Notes: generated by a model not told the origin, from the sequence alone. Positions 29,301-35,276 are shown, counted from the first letter of the stretch. The stretch: DNA of 38,850 bases from Candidatus Aminicenantes bacterium UBA4820 (GCA_002402325.1 DHFQ01000099.1:1-38850), one strand, 5' to 3'. Program-made: numbers and translations.

Positions 29301-30332
29301 TCTTGAGAGAGGCGTCCAACTATCGGTTGAAGGGTTATATTTTGCACCTGAATTGAATCCTCCACCCCAGACTATCATTTCACTTCCCGTCCATACTGCA
29401 TTATGCCCATACCTCGGATCAGGAATGTCATCAAGAGTTGTATCAAGCCAGTTATCGGGACAGGTTGCTTTCGTTTGAGGAGCAGATTCCTGAACAGAAT
29501 AGGAATAATATGGGGTAACAGAATCCTGCGATATATTAAATTTTGATTCAACCTCTTTAAACCATTCGGCAAAAGGTTTTTTTAAAATATAGATTACTCT
29601 TGCCTTTATACCAATATCAGATTTTGAAATAATGTTGATTACTTCAAAATAATCTTTAGTTTCATTCAAAAATGGCTTTGATGCTGTTATATTTGTCAAA
29701 GTTTCAAAATTCCTTGCATCAAGAATCACAACTTTCTCACCATTATTAACCTCAGATGGGTTTTCATATCCTCTTATTGTAAAAAGAACATTTTCTTCAA
29801 GAACGCTTGCACTTCTTGAGTAATGTCCATTATCAAGGGTGTTTAAAATTGAGTTTGCAAGGTCTTTTTCACAAAGGTGAATTTTTTGATCGGATAAATA
29901 AAGTTGATTTATCTTTCTTTCAATTAAGATTGGTTTTGCAACACATTCCGCAAAAAGGAAAAGGTTGCCATCTAAAGATAAAACAATTTTGTTAAGCAAA
30001 ATCCTATCTTTTGAGTTTTTGAAAATTCTTTGAACCTCTTTCTCAACCTCATCATTTGTTATCCTTATATTCCAGATTGATTTTATTGCTTCTTCTTTCT
30101 TTAAATAATCCTTAACTTTTGAGGAAAGAATTTCATCTGTTACAACTGTTTCAAAAGGAGGTTTACTTCCCTTGTCAGATAGGGGCCAGATACGATTTTC
30201 ATAAAGGACCTTTTCGACCTTTCCTTGAACTAAAACCCTCTCCTCGAACTTTAAGCCCTCCTGAGCAAAAATTGTCAAAGCAAAGATGAGAATGAAAGAA
30301 AAACAAAATGGCACCTTCCACGATAATCTCAT
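23397..30332 (-). CDS. 2311-aa secreted multi-repeat protein (Kelch propellers, Ig-like modules, second propeller type, unassigned N- and C-terminal modules)
   Basis: A single uninterrupted ORF with an AAGGAGG RBS and a signal peptide MRLSWKVPFCFSFILIFALTIFA. Residue boundaries were derived by codon counting: aa 24-306 unassigned; 307-986 14 Kelch-like repeats; 988-1443 six Ig-like modules; 1444-2133 14 GGxFT repeats; 2134-2201 a seventh Ig-like module; 2202-2311 a Cys-bearing tail. Confidence 0.9.
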   Translation of the reverse strand: MRLSWKVPFCFSFILIFALTIFAQEGLKFEERVLVQGKVEKVLYENRIWPLSDKGSKPPFETVVTDEILSSKVKDYLKKEEAIKSIWNIRITNDEVEKEVQRIFKNSKDRILLNKIVLSLDGNLFLFAECVAKPILIERKINQLYLSDQKIHLCEKDLANSILNTLDNGHYSRSASVLEENVLFTIRGYENPSEVNNGEKVVILDARNFETLTNITASKPFLNETKDYFEVINIISKSDIGIKARVIYILKKPFAEWFKEVESKFNISQDSVTPYYSYSVQESAPQTKATCPDNWLDTTLDDIPDPRYGHNAVWTGSEMIVWGGGFNSGAKYNPSTDSWTPLSRQSGVPTARSANTAVWTGTEMIVWGGSDGTTCLDSGGRYNPSTDSWTATSLTSPCPTARKNHTAVWVPSYGMVIWGGESSTGTLLNDGAIYDPSTDTWTSVSSMGTVPEARRFATAVFDPTTSHLIVWGGSGAGDVPFNSGGQYNFTLQEWSATSTSGNCPSARRYHSVVMTGNEMIVWGGEGAGSVVLNSGGRYNPSLDTWATISSTNAPSARRFHTAVLTSSEMIIWGGENGTSSLQTGGKYDIVADSWSSTATTSAPTARYQHTAVWTGTEMIVWGGYWPTNSGGRYNPLADSWSATSLGTNVPAGRQYHTAVWTGTEMIIWGGESLGPTLQLNTGGKYNLATDSFSSTSILPPCPIGRRYHTAIWTGTDMIVWGGNYYDGTEHQLDSGGLYNVATDTWSATSTDSGPTARQNHTAVWSGTEMIVWGGYSGSSYLNTGGRYNPETNSWTPTSTTSAPGSRKDHAAVWSGNVMIVWGGFNGSVMGTGGMYNPTTNSWTLITTTNAPLSRYYHTAVWAEQIKSMIVWGGVSTTPYYTGGIYNPVTNKWTATSLVNVPQARKNHTAVWTGEEMIVFGGIDTNGINRDDGSRFNPYSNSWTTISQDQGYPTPRSLHTAIWTGQKMVVWGGSGAFSSGGVYEPPPQVIGYYEACGSGPVILTTGTYSTYQWIKDDVDIVGATEQSYYVTETGVYNVRVTLPDNTVCEGIPHRVDCWGYPQPTISGDSSGCVTPGVSLSTGTFSSYQWILDGTDISGATSQTYTAKTGGAYRVRVTDSHGCTGTSSEFTLTIYQNPTPGVEGTQEGCPTLLSTTEEFVTYQWKLGSTDIPGATSSEYLATANGSYTVVVTDVNGCSGTSSAYSISNYPAPTITGSTSGCEGGIVTLSTGSFVSYQWYLGGVPIGGATLQNYDATQSGSYTVEVSDANGCVGMSAAKVVTFYPPPVPQITGDHGPACFSALSTTTTYSNYQWIKDGVDIPNATTRNYTAIVSGTYKVRVTDSHGCIGTSEGYAVTIYDPPVPPSILGASSGCPTSGTLLNTQSYSTYQWYANGTAITGATSQSYQTTQSGFNYYTVQITDSNGCSAQSSLGHWVNLDPPGPYIYQNTDNYFVTNDAVRSFASYENNLFIGGDFTYVGPYTGCVTTINPATGQRNPDFPKVQGTVYTIAPDGSGGYYIGGLFDRVGGYTRQNLAHIKSDLSIDQDFTPFTDGAVWAIYLSGTKLYVGGAFTKVNTVTRNRLAALDTTTGQLTGFDPNVNNIVYAMGEYGGKLVIGGSFTTIGGQTYNRLAQIDELTGVPTTWNPNINNIVYALAVSESTLYIGGSFTSASGSAKNRMAAYDLVSGSLLSSFNPNVGNVVYSIDVYDTTVYIGGTFTTVGGQTRNRIAALDSSTGTPSDWNPNIGGSTGVAVYSLNVSSDGAKVYAGGYFNNVGLMPKTNFAEINSSTGSATTLNAATSSNVRTIVYSSSAIAIGGEFTSLGGGYRGKIASIDTTTGELTTFDGDIFGTGTVSVNALTIYGTTLYAGGSFTSAQGSPRSRIAAFNLLTGGVADWDGNSGGVVRSLLISGTTLYVGGEFTSMGGQPRNRLAAFDLTSGALSTTFNPNMGGNVYALAYSSGVLYAGGAFTTVNGSTQRNRIAALDPSTGIATTWNPNLSGTARTIAVGGSTVYVGGEFTTVNGSTTRNRVAGFDMAGTATSFNPNVAGGTVYSLQLSSDGLYAYVAGAFTAIGGSPVSKIGLVNSNTGSLITDWVYSSDNTIYATFLSEPNIFVGGDLTTLRGIKRPYYGALPLYGDNCSLGILLSTEPFATYQWYKDGVQINGATSRFYQADQPGLYKVEVTRSGGCPGTSADFRVFATNCSGGCSAPTEEVTLLNINQEKSEFNWSTISADNYRAIRGIKDDLPSLSSATTTFDCHSYGAQTTLTISSDDPSGVSGRCYYYIVQGYNGTDPNTTSCMGPAGSGMTFTDIETHCQ
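23934..26003 (-). repeat. 14 tandem ~49-aa GGxFT blade repeats (DUF5122/'delta-60'-like beta-propeller, coding)
   Basis: The unit V-Y-A-L-x-x-x-G-x-x-L-Y-V-G-G-x-F-T-x-V-x-G-x-x-R-N-R-L-A-A-x-D-x-x-T-G-x-x-x-x-x-F-N-P-N recurs 14 times, counted from 14 GGxF(T)-type cores. Confidence 0.75.
26004..27371 (-). repeat. six tandem ~75-aa Ig-like modules (coding)
   Basis: The recurring pattern is C...L-S-T-x-x-x-x-x-Y-Q-W-x-x-x-G-x-x-I-x-G-A-T-x-x-x-Y-x-x-x-x-x-G-x-Y-x-V-x-V-T-D-x-x-G-C-x-G-x-S. It occurs six times here and once more at 23730-23933. Confidence 0.8.
27375..29414 (-). repeat. 14 tandem Kelch-like beta-propeller blade repeats (coding)
   Basis: A ~48-aa unit, R-x-x-H-T-A-V-W-T-G-x-E-M-I-V-W-G-G...G-G-x-Y-N-P-x-x-D-S-W, recurs 14 times, counted from 14 WGG/FGG cores. 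At the DNA level, the plus-strand CCCCAGACTATCAT-type cores recur. Confidence 0.85.
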
Positions 30333-30360
30333 TTTTACCTCCTTTCTTAAATCTCCAGAA

Positions 30361-30391
30361 ATTATAATAACAAAAATAGGACATTTGTCAA
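30361..30391 (-). promoter_or_regulatory. putative sigma-70 promoter of the giant gene
   Basis: On the minus strand: TTGACA (30391-30386), a 17-19 nt spacer, then ATTATAAT (30368-30361). It is about 30 nt upstream of the ATG. Confidence 0.45.
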
Positions 30392-30455
30392 TCAGAGAAT
30401 ATTATATATTGTTACCTGTTGCAATATAGGGCACACACAACTATTTGTATTTACT

Positions 30456-30890
30456 TTATGATTTTTCTGTTTTGCCCATATCAAAATCTTCAATATCAAA
30501 TCCTGGCGAGACTGTGGTCCCCATAAGAGCAAATTTTCCTCCCCTTTTTAGTTTTGCCTTTTGAAATGTCATCTTTGGAACCACTACCTGAGGTACCTCT
30601 CCTTTTAGAATGTTTGTGCCTAAAACTTTCTTTTGAGAAGTTCCATCGGGATAAAAAAGATAGAGATTGACAGGGTCTCCCAGATAAAAATGGTAGATTT
30701 CGTCTGATTTTAGTCTATGAATTTTACAACTCTCACCTTTTCTTAAAAGGTAATAAATTGCGGTTGAAAGGTTTCTCTTTTTCCCATCAATTTCTATTTT
30801 CTCTTTGCTTCTATAAGTTTCAGAAAAAAGTCCACCTTCTGGTTTAAGAGGTTTTAATTTCAATTTTTTTATTACTTTTGTAACTTTCAT
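30456..30890 (-). CDS. cupin-fold protein, DUF985 family
   Basis: 144-aa ORF with LKPEGGLFSETYRS...TAIYYLL...HRLKSDEIYHFY.G...VSPGFDIEDFDMG, matching the DUF985/cupin_5 pattern. It is coupled to the upstream hydrolase by ATGA. Confidence 0.82.
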   Translation of the reverse strand: MKVTKVIKKLKLKPLKPEGGLFSETYRSKEKIEIDGKKRNLSTAIYYLLRKGESCKIHRLKSDEIYHFYLGDPVNLYLFYPDGTSQKKVLGTNILKGEVPQVVVPKMTFQKAKLKRGGKFALMGTTVSPGFDIEDFDMGKTEKS

Positions 30891-31966
30891 CTCTTTTTTT
30901 TATGGGGATATTTTTTTCTCGGTGCGGGTTGGCTCTCCTTTAACACTTTTGAATACTCTTCTCCATCTGGGTCAATGTAAAGTTTCTCACCGCAATCGTA
31001 GACTTTATCAAGATAGGGCGTTTCAAACTTTTTTTCTTCCAGAGGAATATTTTTATTTTCTTTCTCCGTATCCATAAGAGCAACTTCGTTTTTCTCATAC
31101 ACAACTTCTGGCGTCCACGCAGGAAATCTCAAATAGTAATTTAAAAATGTTAGAGTTCTTTCCCACGAATCAAGGCTCACCGAGTCATCCCATTCCCCTT
31201 TTTTGTGTAGTGTAAATCCATGTCCCACATCAGGGTAAATAACAACGCTAACTACCTTGCCATTCTCCCTTAAAGTCTTAAAGGCTTCGAGAGACCTTCT
31301 TGCGGGAACTATTCTATCCTTCGTTCCGTGAAGTAGAAGTGTTGGTGGCATATGTTCGCTTGCAATGTCATTGTAACAGGAAGAAAGCCCGCCATAAAAA
31401 GCAACAAGGCAGTTGATCCTTTTGTCAGATGGGGCATAACCGAGTGCAAGAAATGAACCAAGCGAATAGCCGATAACAGCAACCCTTTCTCTATCAACAT
31501 TCTGTTGATTCTGTGCAAAATCTATTGCACTTCCAATTGTCTTCATCCAATCGCTTCTTGACCCTCTTCCTTTTTTATTTCTTTCAAAGTAGTGGGGAAA
31601 AATGCAATAGTATCCGTGCATAGCAAGGTCAATAGCCATTACATCGTAATACGCATCAGTTCTTTTTGGGTGGCTTCCGTGAAGAAGAATGACAATAGGC
31701 CAATTATTCCCCGCCGTTGGATAAAAAACTTCAGTGTTGACTTTGTCTCTTCCCGATTGAATTTTTACAATTTCGCGTTTGTAAGGAGTCTCTTCAGTTA
31801 AATTAAGTTGATCTCCCTCTTTAATTTCTGTTATTTCAATCCCTGGTTTTGGAATATAGGAATCGTTTAATTTTAGCGACTCAACATCATCTGTTGAAGC
31901 AAGCGGCGAGTTGGTTTGAAAACAAAAGAGAAGTAAAATTACTGCAACAAAATAAAACTTCTTCAT
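30887..31966 (-). CDS. secreted alpha/beta hydrolase (dienelactone hydrolase / S9-like) with Lys-rich C-terminal extension
   Basis: The nucleophile elbow GYSLGS is followed by LLLHGTKDRIV and a GHGF catalytic-His region. The signal peptide is MKKFYFVAVILLLFCF. The ATG at 31966 has a GGAGAG RBS. The longest ORF starts 33 nt further upstream, at 31999. Confidence 0.8.
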   Translation of the reverse strand: MKKFYFVAVILLLFCFQTNSPLASTDDVESLKLNDSYIPKPGIEITEIKEGDQLNLTEETPYKREIVKIQSGRDKVNTEVFYPTAGNNWPIVILLHGSHPKRTDAYYDVMAIDLAMHGYYCIFPHYFERNKKGRGSRSDWMKTIGSAIDFAQNQQNVDRERVAVIGYSLGSFLALGYAPSDKRINCLVAFYGGLSSCYNDIASEHMPPTLLLHGTKDRIVPARRSLEAFKTLRENGKVVSVVIYPDVGHGFTLHKKGEWDDSVSLDSWERTLTFLNYYLRFPAWTPEVVYEKNEVALMDTEKENKNIPLEEKKFETPYLDKVYDCGEKLYIDPDGEEYSKVLKESQPAPRKKYPHKKKR

Positions 31967-32036
31967 CTTCAAATACTCTCCAGATTTTATTTTAACCAAA
32001 AAAAATTTTTTTTCAAGTGCCTTGACAGATTTTAGA

Positions 32037-32183
32037 TTCTCCCCTTTCAGGCGAGGAAAAAGGAGGGGAGAAAAGACTCCTCACATCTCAGGGGAGGCAG
32101 GGAGGGGTTTCAACCTGTAGAAAACCCCCTCTCATTCCCTGGAAGGGAGAGATGGGTCTTCTTATCCTGAAAGGAGGGGAGAA
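32037..32183. other. structured GA/CU-tract intergenic element (candidate sRNA or leader; strand undetermined)
   Basis: A long-range helix pairs TTCTCCCCTTTCAGG (32037-32051) with CCTGAAAGGAGGGGAGAA (32166-32183). Inner helices include CATCTC (32084-32089) with GAGATG (32149-32154) and a GAGGGGTTT...AAACCCCCTC hairpin (32102-32131). The 16-nt AAAGGAGGGGAGAAAA is repeated at 32059-32074 and 32170-32185. Confidence 0.35.
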
Positions 32184-32185
32184 AA

Positions 32186-32208
32186 AAAAGGGGGCATCGC
32201 CCCCTTTT
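32186..32208. terminator. intrinsic terminator downstream of htrA (bidirectional by sequence)
   Basis: The GGGGGC-ATC-GCCCCC stem (32190-32204) is flanked by an A run on the left, extending to 32182, and by T4 on the right. On the minus strand it is followed by eight U. Confidence 0.75.
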
Positions 32209-32270
32209 CTAATCTTTGTTGAAGTAAATGTATCTTACAGGTTTCTAATCTGCCTTGAAGTAAATGTATC
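32206..32270 (-). repeat. 36-nt in-frame tandem duplication of the htrA 3' end including the stop codon
   Basis: The 29-nt copies TTTCTAATCT-TTG-TTGAAGTAAATGTATC (32206-32234) and TTTCTAATCT-GCC-TTGAAGTAAATGTATC (32242-32270) match at 26 of 29 positions. They are offset by 36 nt. Confidence 0.85.
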
Positions 32271-33756
32271 GTCCGAGTTCACCGTTTGTGGCGTAGATGC
32301 TCACCATATCCCCTGATTTGATTTTTGATACGGCTTTATAAAAATCACTAACCGATTCAATTGGTAAGCCGTTGACCTCAGTAATGATTTCTCCCTGTCT
32401 TAAACCTTTTGTGAAAACATTTGACTTTGGGTCCACATTTTTAACAAGAACGCCTGATACATCATCAGGAATTCTAAAATACATCCGGTTTTTCTGTGTG
32501 AGTGCTTCAACTGTGATTCCAAGTTTTGCCTCTTTTTCTGATTCATTCTCACTTTGCGATTCTTCCTGATTTAGTCCCTTTGTTCTGTCTCCAAGAGTAA
32601 CATCAACGCTCTTTTTCTTTCCCTCTCTGTAAAATTCAATTTTGACACTTTTGCCGGGTGCTGTCCTTGAGATTATTCTTACGAGATCTTTGCTTTCCTT
32701 AATTTCTTTTCCATCAACTGATGTGATGATGTCTCCTTTTTCAATTCCAGCCTTTGAAGCAGGGGTTTTTGGGTCAACTGATTGGACAATCGCTCCGCCT
32801 TTTAAATCAATTCCGTATTTGCTTTTCTGGTACTCTTTTGCATCTGAATCAATTGGACCAACCTGAACTCCAAGATAGCCTCTTTTGACTTTTCCTGTTG
32901 TTTTAAGTTGATCCATCTCATCTTTTACAAGGTTTATTGGAATTGCAAAGCCAATCCCTTCAACAACTCTTCCCATAGCATCTGACCTTTGAATTGCCGT
33001 GTTTATACCAACCGCTTCTCCTTTTAAGTTTATCAAGGGACCACCTGAATTGCCAAAGTTGATCGCTGCGTCTGTCTGAATAAAATCATCAAGAGAAGAA
33101 GAGGAGATTCTCCTCCCCTTTGCCGATACGACACCGGCTGTAACCGTGTTTCTAAACATCAAAGGATTTCCAATTGCCAGAACCCAATCTCCTGGTCTCA
33201 AAACATCTGAATTTCCAAGTGGTAAAACGGGTAATCCTCCCGCTTCTATTTTTATTAGTGCTATGTCTGTTTCTTCGTCTCTTCCAACAACTTTTGCTGT
33301 GAACTCCCTGTCATCGTTCAGGGTTACAGTTACTTTGTCTGCGTCTTCAACGACATGGTTGTTTGTGAGAATGTAACCATCTGTAGAGATGATGAAACCG
33401 CTTCCTCCACTCTGTCTAAAAGGCTTTTGCATCTGGGGAATTTGAGGTGAGGGACCAAAGAAAAAGTGGAAAGGACCAAATGAAAAATCATTTTCATCTT
33501 CTCCCTGTTCGTCTTTTCCTGAAGAGGTGGAAATGGCGCTAATTGCAACGACAGATGGATATGCCCTCTCAACTATGTCTGCAAAAGATGTTGGTGGTTG
33601 AAGGTTTAAAGCGGGTGTTTGAGCAGGAACACTTTGTAATGTCTCGGCATTAGCCTTTTGAGGCTCTAACTCTTTGAGATGAGCCAATCCAAATCCAACC
33701 ATCAAAAGAAAGAGTGCCGCAGATAAAAGCATCAAATACTTTATCGCTTGTTTCAT
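32245..33756 (-). CDS. htrA: periplasmic serine endoprotease HtrA/DegP/DegQ family (trypsin domain + 2 PDZ)
   Basis: 503-aa ORF with a signal/anchor segment, the catalytic triad context (TNNHVV, DIALIK, GNSGGPL) and two PDZ-like regions. An AAGGAG RBS is present. Confidence 0.95.
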   Translation of the reverse strand: MKQAIKYLMLLSAALFLLMVGFGLAHLKELEPQKANAETLQSVPAQTPALNLQPPTSFADIVERAYPSVVAISAISTSSGKDEQGEDENDFSFGPFHFFFGPSPQIPQMQKPFRQSGGSGFIISTDGYILTNNHVVEDADKVTVTLNDDREFTAKVVGRDEETDIALIKIEAGGLPVLPLGNSDVLRPGDWVLAIGNPLMFRNTVTAGVVSAKGRRISSSSLDDFIQTDAAINFGNSGGPLINLKGEAVGINTAIQRSDAMGRVVEGIGFAIPINLVKDEMDQLKTTGKVKRGYLGVQVGPIDSDAKEYQKSKYGIDLKGGAIVQSVDPKTPASKAGIEKGDIITSVDGKEIKESKDLVRIISRTAPGKSVKIEFYREGKKKSVDVTLGDRTKGLNQEESQSENESEKEAKLGITVEALTQKNRMYFRIPDDVSGVLVKNVDPKSNVFTKGLRQGEIITEVNGLPIESVSDFYKAVSKIKSGDMVSIYATNGELGRYIYFKAD

Positions 33757-33759
33757 AAT

Positions 33760-35145
33760 CTATCTCCTTTCAACAATCTTATATTCATTTATTTTCCTAT
33801 GCAAAGTTCTCAAACCAATTCCAAGAACCTTTGCTGCTTGAGTCTTGTTGTAGTTCGTCTCCTCAAGAGCATTTATTATAGCCTCTTTTTCAAGAAGTTC
33901 AAGGTTTAAAAATGGAAGTTTCATTTTTCCATTATTAGAAACACCTTCTTCATTTGGTGCAAAACTTTCTATTGCAAATTCTGATGGTAGATCGCTCAAA
34001 TCAAGTACTTCTTTATTGCTAAAAATGACCATTCTTTCAAGGAGGTTTCTTAACTCTCTAACATTTCCCTTCCATTCATAATTTTCAAAAAAGTTTAGAA
34101 GTTCAGAAGAGATAGATTTAATGTTTTTGTTGTGTTCTTTTGAAGAATCGGAGAGAAACTGATGCACAAAAAAGGGAATGTCCTCCTTTCTCTCTCTTAA
34201 AGGAGGAATCACAAGCTCGACAACTTTTAGCCTGAAATATAAATCCTCTCTAAATTTCCCCTCTTTGACTTTCTCTGAAAGATTCTGATGGGTTGCGGCA
34301 ACAATCCTGACATCAACGGGGATACCTTTTGTTCCTCCGACTCTGTAGACAACTTTCTCCTCAAGAACTCTTAAAAGTTTTCCCTGAAGTTCAAGCGGAA
34401 GTTCAGCAATTTCATCAAGGAATAGCGTTCCCGAATCTGCTTGCTCAAATCTTCCTAAATGTGCCTTATCCGCTCCGGTGAAGGCACCTTTTTCGTAGCC
34501 AAAAAGTTCGCTTTCCATCAAGTTTCCGGGGATTGCAGCACAGTTTATTGGAAGAAAAGGCATAGATTTTCTCGGAGAATTCTGGTGAATTGCATTTGCT
34601 ATGAGTTCTTTTCCGGTTCCAGATTCTCCAATTATTAAAACAGTGGCTTTAGTATTTGCGACAAGTTTAACCTTTTCAAGAACCTCTTTCATCTTTGATG
34701 AATTTGCAATGATGTTTTCAAATCCATACCTTTTATCAAGCCTTGATTTTAAAAGTGTTACCTCTTTTGAAAGGTTTCTTTTTTCGACTATCGCAGAAAC
34801 TCTTTTTCTCAATTCGTAAATGTCAAGAGGTTTCCCGATGTAATCATCGGCACCCATTTTAATTGCTTCAACCGCATTTTCAACCGTTCCATAAGCGGTT
34901 ATCAAAATTACACCAATTGACTGATCTTTTTGTTTTACTCTTTTCAAGAGGTTGATCCCTGTAATTTTTGGCATTCTTAAATCTGTAAGAACAAGGTCAA
35001 CACCATCGTTTGATTCAATAAAATTGAGGGCGTCCTGAGAATCGGAGAAACATACTGTCTCAAAGTTAACCTTCTCAAGAGTTTTCTTCATCGTCTCCAG
35101 ATTTGCCTTATCATCATCAACAATAACAACTCTTCCCTGTGTCAA
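33760..35145 (-). CDS. sigma-54-dependent response regulator (NtrC family: REC + AAA+ + Fis-type HTH)
   Basis: 461-aa ORF with a receiver domain (VVIVDDD...DLVLTDLRMP), Walker A GESGTGKE, the GAFTGA loop (ESELFGYEKGAFTGA), and a C-terminal HTH NKTQAAKVLGIGLRTLHRKI. It has a TTG start with an AAGGAG RBS 9 nt upstream. Confidence 0.93.
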   Translation of the reverse strand: MTQGRVVIVDDDKANLETMKKTLEKVNFETVCFSDSQDALNFIESNDGVDLVLTDLRMPKITGINLLKRVKQKDQSIGVILITAYGTVENAVEAIKMGADDYIGKPLDIYELRKRVSAIVEKRNLSKEVTLLKSRLDKRYGFENIIANSSKMKEVLEKVKLVANTKATVLIIGESGTGKELIANAIHQNSPRKSMPFLPINCAAIPGNLMESELFGYEKGAFTGADKAHLGRFEQADSGTLFLDEIAELPLELQGKLLRVLEEKVVYRVGGTKGIPVDVRIVAATHQNLSEKVKEGKFREDLYFRLKVVELVIPPLRERKEDIPFFVHQFLSDSSKEHNKNIKSISSELLNFFENYEWKGNVRELRNLLERMVIFSNKEVLDLSDLPSEFAIESFAPNEEGVSNNGKMKLPFLNLELLEKEAIINALEETNYNKTQAAKVLGIGLRTLHRKINEYKIVERR

Positions 35146-35178
35146 TTTGGCATACTCCTTTCCAAATTATACTATTAT

Positions 35179-35194
35179 TGCAATAATTTTGCCA
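35179..35194 (-). promoter_or_regulatory. candidate sigma-54 (-24/-12) promoter upstream of the EBP-htrA pair
   Basis: On the minus strand TGGCAA-AATTA-TTGCA matches TGGCAC-N5-TTGCW at 10 of the 11 specified consensus positions, with exact GG-N10-GC spacing. It is 34-49 nt upstream of the start codon. A sigma-70-like TATAAT (35171-35166) just downstream is an alternative. Confidence 0.55.
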
Positions 35195-35211
35195 CTTTTT
35201 CAAGTCAGGGG

Positions 35212-35243
35212 AAAAGGATAAAGGCGGACGCCTTTATCCTTTT
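35212..35243 (-). terminator. intrinsic terminator after tonB (perfect 15-bp palindrome)
   Basis: AAAAGGATAAAGGCG-GA-CGCCTTTATCCTTTT, located 34 nt downstream of the tonB stop. Confidence 0.6.
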
Positions 35244-35276
35244 GATTTATAAGAAATTATCCTTACTTCCAAACTA

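Noticed and set aside
28600-29478. Long plus-strand ORFs (165 aa and 114 aa, with recurring PPQTII and PPHTII motifs) antisense to the giant gene; likewise 25734-26048
   Set aside because: They are mirror images of the Kelch WGG and HTAVW repeats. They have no RBS or start context, and their periodicity simply reflects the sense-strand repeats.
23397-30332. Visibly higher GC of the giant gene relative to its neighbours, as a sign of horizontal transfer
   Set aside because: The shift is explained by the Gly/Thr/Ser/Trp/Ala-rich repeat composition. There are no flanking mobility genes, tRNA-integration scars or direct repeats.
30419-30434. Sigma-54-like string upstream of the giant gene (minus strand GTGCCCTATATTGCAA)
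   Set aside because: It lacks the invariant GG at -24; GT sits at the position 10 nt upstream of the GC. A conventional TTGACA/TATAAT promoter lies closer to the gene.
32136-32156. CCCTGGAAGGGAGAGATGGG, which resembles the SRP RNA domain IV GGAA tetraloop region
   Set aside because: The conserved flanking symmetric-loop nucleotides (AGCA / GGUCA-type) and the extended SRP helix are absent. The similarity is limited to a GGAA loop in a GA-rich context.
32152-32325. Plus-strand mini-ORF (under 60 codons, so absent from the ORF track) starting at ATG 32152 (MGLLILKGGEKKKGASPP...) after GGGAGAG
   Set aside because: The SD-to-ATG spacing is only about 2 nt. The ORF reads through the terminator hairpin and runs antisense into htrA, and its composition is low-complexity.
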